A DNA stretch of 18,167 bases from Candidatus Thorarchaeota archaeon (GTDB taxonomy: Archaea; Asgardarchaeota; Thorarchaeia; Thorarchaeales; Thorarchaeaceae). Below are positions 14,901 to 18,167 of this stretch, one piece after another. Positions within the stretch are counted from its first letter, which is position 1. Every line of letters starts with the position of its first letter. The position numbers and the translations under genes were made by a program. Where the stretch lies: NCBI GenBank assembly GCA_046758445.1, contig JBHIAE010000056.1, forward strand, positions 1 to 18,167, written 5' to 3'. A model generated the notes under the pieces. It saw nothing but the letters and a program-made list of their open reading frames with translations. It did no database searches and had not been told where the DNA came from.

Positions 14901-17900
14901 GGAATGGACACCAATCTCTGTCGCAAATCCCCTGGGGCAATCAAAGACGGCTCCAGCCGAATGGACATTCACAGGAGGCAGGTTGGCGATTGCTGCATCT
15001 GCAGTCGATGTATACGGTCTCTGGACTATCAAGTTCGAGTCCTTAAGTTACATCGCTGACTTGGAGTTCGACCTCGGTGGAGGGACATATGCTGATACGG
15101 CAGTGTTCCAGATCAACGATGATCTAGAGATGCGAGCGACATCCTTCTGGCTTGCAGGTTCTACAAGTCAACTCTTCCTAACAGATCCGTCGGGTTCTCT
15201 TTGGAGTACTCCACTATCGAATACAACAGGAGGCAGTCCGCAACACGAGATTCCATCGTTCGTATACAGGAAAGTCATAACAGTGGATCGAAACAAGGTC
15301 CAGCAGGATTTCACCGACTTTCCTGTCTTGATCGACATTGTAGATAGCGATCTGGACGATAAGGCCCAGACAGATGGTGATGACATAGTCTTCGTGCAGA
15401 ACGGAATCATCGTCCCGCACGAGATTGTAGACTATGACCCAGCGTACTCAGGGACTGAAGCCCGGCTAGTAGCTTGGATCAGAGCAAATGTTTCATCTTC
15501 TGTAGACACTGATATCACCATGTACTATGGGAATTCGTTGGTAGGACCTCAAGAGCAGCCATCAGAGGTGTGGAGCAATGGCTATGTCGGTGTCTGGCAT
15601 CTTGAAGAATCTCCGTCAGGCACGAGCGGTGAGATCAAGGACTCAACATCCTACAGGAATGATGGGACGACCGAGGGTTCAATGAATTCAGCCGACTTGA
15701 TCAGCGCAATGATTGGAAACGGTCTTGATTTCGATGAGATTGATGACCTGATACGAGTGAGCGACAGCGTTAGTCTGGACTCTGTTGCGTCATCTGGTAC
15801 CATCCAGATGTGGATTTGGTTTGACATGGATGCAGCAGATGGAGACAGGGACGTGATCATGGAGTCCAGCAACCGATTCGACGGGAACCCAGATGACGGG
15901 TTTGAGTTGGCTACTCAGGAGGACGGGGATCTCTTCTTCTATCCTTGGGGTGGAGAGGGTAATGACTACAATATTGCCCTAAACCAATTTGCAAATCAAA
16001 CATGGCACCTTCTGACAGTGGCACTGGACTACTCGACAAAGACAGTCGACTTCTATGTGGATGGCAGCTTGATTGCGTTCACCTACGAGGGGGCACCAAC
16101 GTACTGGACACAGCTTGCCGAGCCTACTGACTGGCTCTGGGGAGGAGACCCAGATATGCCAGCGAGGTACTTTGACGGCAGGTTCGATGAGATTAGGGTT
16201 TCCAACACAGTCCGTTCTCAAACGTGGTTGCAGACTGAGTTTAACAATCAGGACGATCCTGGCAGCTTCTCCTTGGTAGGGTCCGAACAGCAGAGACAGT
16301 TCTACTATCCCGAATTCAAGAAGACACTGGACAGCACGGCTCCTGCTGGGGTCTGGACTGCAACCGTTCGTTTCAACGACTCTGGAAGCGCAATTGACTA
16401 TAGAGTTGGCATCTATGAGAGAAACTTCACGGTCAAACATGACACGATGCTAACGCTTCAGGAACCGAGCGACGCGGTCGTTGACAGACTATCAATAGCA
16501 GTGGCTGGAGATTGGATCTACATTGAGTATAAGCTTGAAGACAGTGTCAACTCACAATCGTTGTCCGGTGTGACCGTCACAATGAACTGGACAGTGTCCG
16601 GGTCTGGGACTCTGGTCACGCTTGACGACTATAACACAGGCGTCTATGGCAGGATGTTAAATACCGCTGACCTAGGTGACGCCAAGCGGTGGAGAATCAA
16701 TCTTCAGACCAGCCATCCATTTTACAACAACGCAACTGAGTACTTTGACTTGGACTTATACCATTCCACAAGTCTTGACTATGGCGGTGTGATGACAACA
16801 CCTGCAGACTTCAACTTCAGTGCCATCCTGACCTTCACAGATGTCTATGACAATGTCCCGATTGAAGGAGCAACTATCACACGTTCGGATGCCGGGCCCT
16901 TGACCGTTGCTGAGCTGGGTCAGGGTCTGTACAACATATCGATAGAAACAACGGCCTTGAGCTTAGGGGACCACTGGTATGTCTTAGAGGCGGAGAAACC
17001 AGGATATCTCTTTGAGATTTCCACAACCAATGTCACATTCACCCTGAGACAACACTACACGTCTGTGAGTGTGCAAGGCGACCTGACCCAGCCGTATGGG
17101 TTCAACACAGACCTGACAATTGTCCTAACTGACCTTGATACTGGTGGCACAGTGCCGCTCAGCGAAGTGAGTTCGTTCTCATTCAATCCGGCGAGCTACG
17201 GAGTTCAGAATAGACCCGGCTCCAGCTACGATGTAACCTTGACGACGAACACATGGAGTGTTACAGAACCCGCCTCAGAAACAGTTACTCTTTCGGTCGT
17301 GATGTCTGGTACCAAATACGCAACACCACAACCATACTCGTTCGACATCACAATCCGAGCGCATTACACATCGTTAACAGTATCAGGTGTAGTTGTTCAG
17401 CCCTTCGGCAATGTGACTCCGCTTACGGTCTTTCTCTGGGACCACGATACTGAGGCAAGTGTCCCAATTGGCGAGGTTGGTGAGTTTAGCTTCGCTAGGG
17501 GCTTTGACATCGACACGTTCTCAAACCCCTCCAGTTATGATGTGATGTATGACACGTCAGACTGGGCCGTGGGGATCTGGTCTGTGACACTTTCAGTGGA
17601 TATTCCAAGTTCAGTCTACCAGAATCCTAGTGACTATACTTTCTCCGTCACGATTCGAAGCATGACGACGGTCATGTACCATGACCCAAAGGACCTAGTG
17701 TTCTCAGCAGGGGAGGACTTCACAATCGACCTAAGAGTCAACGTCAGTGAGCCTGGTGACAGCTATGGCCTGCCAGTAAGAAGTCTTACCCAGGCAGAGT
17801 TCTCGGAGCCCTCATATCCGTTTACAGTGGACAATGCAGCACAAAACATTGGAAAGTACACATTCACTATTTCTTGGTCTGACCTGAGTGGGGTGGGAGT

Positions 17901-18167
17901 ATACACCATCACAGTATACTTGACTCCTCTCAACGCGAGTCACGGGTCTACTCAGCTAGTGATTACTTTCAGATACCGAGATGTGATTAGCACACTGACA
18001 TCGCCGAACTACCCTCAGGTCACAACTCCCTATCAGACGGACGTTCAGATACTGCTGAACTACACCGACGTAGAGGGTGGAGTGGGTATTGACAGCGCCA
18101 CTGTTTCGTCTCCAGATCATCCTGAATATATCGCGAACTGGACTGATGTTGGAGGCGGAATCTACAG
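11995..18167 (+). CDS. Giant secreted/cell-surface (glyco)protein, 3'-truncated (>2057 aa): signal peptide, jelly-roll and DNRLRE-like domains, 2x (DUF2341 + LamG-like), tandem Ig-like repeats
   Basis: SD GGAGGT (11981-11986) 8 nt before ATG 11995. N-terminus MRKTGLIVVFIIILFIAPSA. I read frame 1 codon by codon and found no stop before the window end. DUF2341 motifs RKDITID...DFPVLID...DGEDIAF...AWVKIP...MLYGN; LamG motifs DFDGQDD, FDGMIDEIR, WIATEYANQ. Confidence 0.93.
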   Translation, partial: MRKTGLIVVFIIILFIAPSAYTPQMMPTLDGGSRPVESGPTSADGGYPLSTGTGQALTTHILGTVVNGTEVPVQIDTDNMAVGTIGITGDYAGTGIGATLDTFTMTVPNALRNPDLNDWHEERWHVGDPTFYDDKVAIPDSWTLVKSISNPSESPHPHHGDWEFNDGGGGYAGSRGFRFDATLPTGYLLTSTDKIYISQHVHAPWRDLYSATIRFQYYVRAASQMGDLVHLFTRFAGVETQFRVFESGDTKDTWLPAIVEIPSSSLTSVNLPDSLLFEIGLGTNFDGITATGPDEYVFIDEIELELEVRPFPEQVGLRVNGTEVVGSTPGSTFPFVPDDITGDTGRDCWDDTSGIDLDGYDNDGNLEVGIWGTDWLTSNPFEVGLQFRLDIPQGAVIERAYLETEASGQQNLVDRRVHIAGENSSGLPVDPFENHLGLHLEDEFNWIQTSIDWQPDYWTSDVRYSSPDIAPLLQKVVSNSDWAAGQYVAIMLSYAWSSSYQSRNDLKGSNHPSWNNYTQDEMARFYVWYRIPHSDDVIPTNEDFARNSLQFRKDITIDSAKVTEDLSDFPVLIDLYDTDLRTDVRPDGEDIAFIVGGQFVEHEVELFEQDYNTTHAHLIAWVKIPSLSSSVDTVITMLYGNLIVTGLQSSGVWDGYEIVQHMNDNPNGISYDSTYNHHSGPSFGSMTIGDLVPGAIGNATDFDGQDDVISVGQIETDDWPSFTVSGWIYHDVSGDDRVFSKAPNTNEANAIIHFAVDDTDKFRVRMNTDGVGGGASLSVDSIGFTAPGSWYYLTWSWSAATEEMRLHINGTFDRTAARDGDTVLNSYVPFVIGNWQTGTGNNRFFDGMIDEIRMTTRVLSDGWIATEYANQKSPSSFYLVGPEQTSSGLPDIKSAALVFSSESPIPVSIGFTMSMDFEGTGKSLDENLNEGTTFYATNGSSTVEWTAKVLVSPPPGITQTEVYVEYPATEWTPISVANPLGQSKTAPAEWTFTGGRLAIAASAVDVYGLWTIKFESLSYIADLEFDLGGGTYADTAVFQINDDLEMRATSFWLAGSTSQLFLTDPSGSLWSTPLSNTTGGSPQHEIPSFVYRKVITVDRNKVQQDFTDFPVLIDIVDSDLDDKAQTDGDDIVFVQNGIIVPHEIVDYDPAYSGTEARLVAWIRANVSSSVDTDITMYYGNSLVGPQEQPSEVWSNGYVGVWHLEESPSGTSGEIKDSTSYRNDGTTEGSMNSADLISAMIGNGLDFDEIDDLIRVSDSVSLDSVASSGTIQMWIWFDMDAADGDRDVIMESSNRFDGNPDDGFELATQEDGDLFFYPWGGEGNDYNIALNQFANQTWHLLTVALDYSTKTVDFYVDGSLIAFTYEGAPTYWTQLAEPTDWLWGGDPDMPARYFDGRFDEIRVSNTVRSQTWLQTEFNNQDDPGSFSLVGSEQQRQFYYPEFKKTLDSTAPAGVWTATVRFNDSGSAIDYRVGIYERNFTVKHDTMLTLQEPSDAVVDRLSIAVAGDWIYIEYKLEDSVNSQSLSGVTVTMNWTVSGSGTLVTLDDYNTGVYGRMLNTADLGDAKRWRINLQTSHPFYNNATEYFDLDLYHSTSLDYGGVMTTPADFNFSAILTFTDVYDNVPIEGATITRSDAGPLTVAELGQGLYNISIETTALSLGDHWYVLEAEKPGYLFEISTTNVTFTLRQHYTSVSVQGDLTQPYGFNTDLTIVLTDLDTGGTVPLSEVSSFSFNPASYGVQNRPGSSYDVTLTTNTWSVTEPASETVTLSVVMSGTKYATPQPYSFDITIRAHYTSLTVSGVVVQPFGNVTPLTVFLWDHDTEASVPIGEVGEFSFARGFDIDTFSNPSSYDVMYDTSDWAVGIWSVTLSVDIPSSVYQNPSDYTFSVTIRSMTTVMYHDPKDLVFSAGEDFTIDLRVNVSEPGDSYGLPVRSLTQAEFSEPSYPFTVDNAAQNIGKYTFTISWSDLSGVGVYTITVYLTPLNASHGSTQLVITFRYRDVISTLTSPNYPQVTTPYQTDVQILLNYTDVEGGVGIDSATVSSPDHPEYIANWTDVGGGIY
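13642..14646 (+). repeat. DUF2341+LamG cassette copy 1 (protein-level repeat)
   Basis: QFRKDITIDSAKV...SFYLVGPEQ; colinear with copy 2. Confidence 0.8.
15259..16290 (+). repeat. DUF2341+LamG cassette copy 2 (protein-level repeat)
   Basis: FVYRKVITVDRNKV...DFPVLID...DGDDIVF...TMYYGN...FDGRFDEIR...WLQTEFNNQ...SFSLVGSEQ. Confidence 0.8.
16438..18167 (+). repeat. Tandem ~100-aa Ig-like stalk repeats (about six units visible)
   Basis: Recurrent T-x-L ... h-x-D ... I-x-x-A-T ... G-x-Y pattern. Two adjacent units are clearly paralogous: RQHYTSVSVQG...QPYG...VPLSEV...SSYDV...VTLSV (from 17047) and RAHYTSLTVSG...QPFG...VPIGEV...SSYDV...VTLSV (from 17356). Confidence 0.7.

Noticed and set aside
11817-17453. 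ORF-track entries within or overlapping the right-hand 6 kb, suggesting a fragmented or non-coding region
   Set aside because: The region from 11995 onward is one continuous + strand frame-1 ORF with no stop, so these are shadows, not pseudogene fragments.

Overview
Gene-dense archaeal window, very probably from an Asgard archaeon (Thorarchaeia-like by inference). The evidence is an archaeal-type GluRS, ThiI and HMf-type histone alongside several eukaryotic-signature proteins. Left to right it holds: (1) the Lys-rich, histone-H1-like C-terminal tail of a gene entering from the left; (2) a divergent membrane-trafficking-like locus. On the - strand this has a longin/uDENN + winged-helix protein, a longin-fused Arf-like small GTPase, and a coiled-coil protein ending in an ESCRT-I/SHOCT-like helical hairpin. 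On the + strand it has a 768-aa protein whose C-terminal ~220 aa are a clear ESCRT-II Vps22/EAP30 domain, followed by a YdjM-family membrane metallohydrolase; (3) a small Cys-rich protein with an acidic tail ending FEEWD; (4) gltX, a very basic unknown protein, thiI, a histone and a DUF2334 deacetylase; (5) a giant (>2057 aa) secreted surface protein with two DUF2341+LamG cassettes and tandem Ig-like repeats, absent from the ORF track because it runs off the window. I saw no rRNA, tRNA, CRISPR array or mobile element. Family calls are from motif recognition by eye; no database searches were run.
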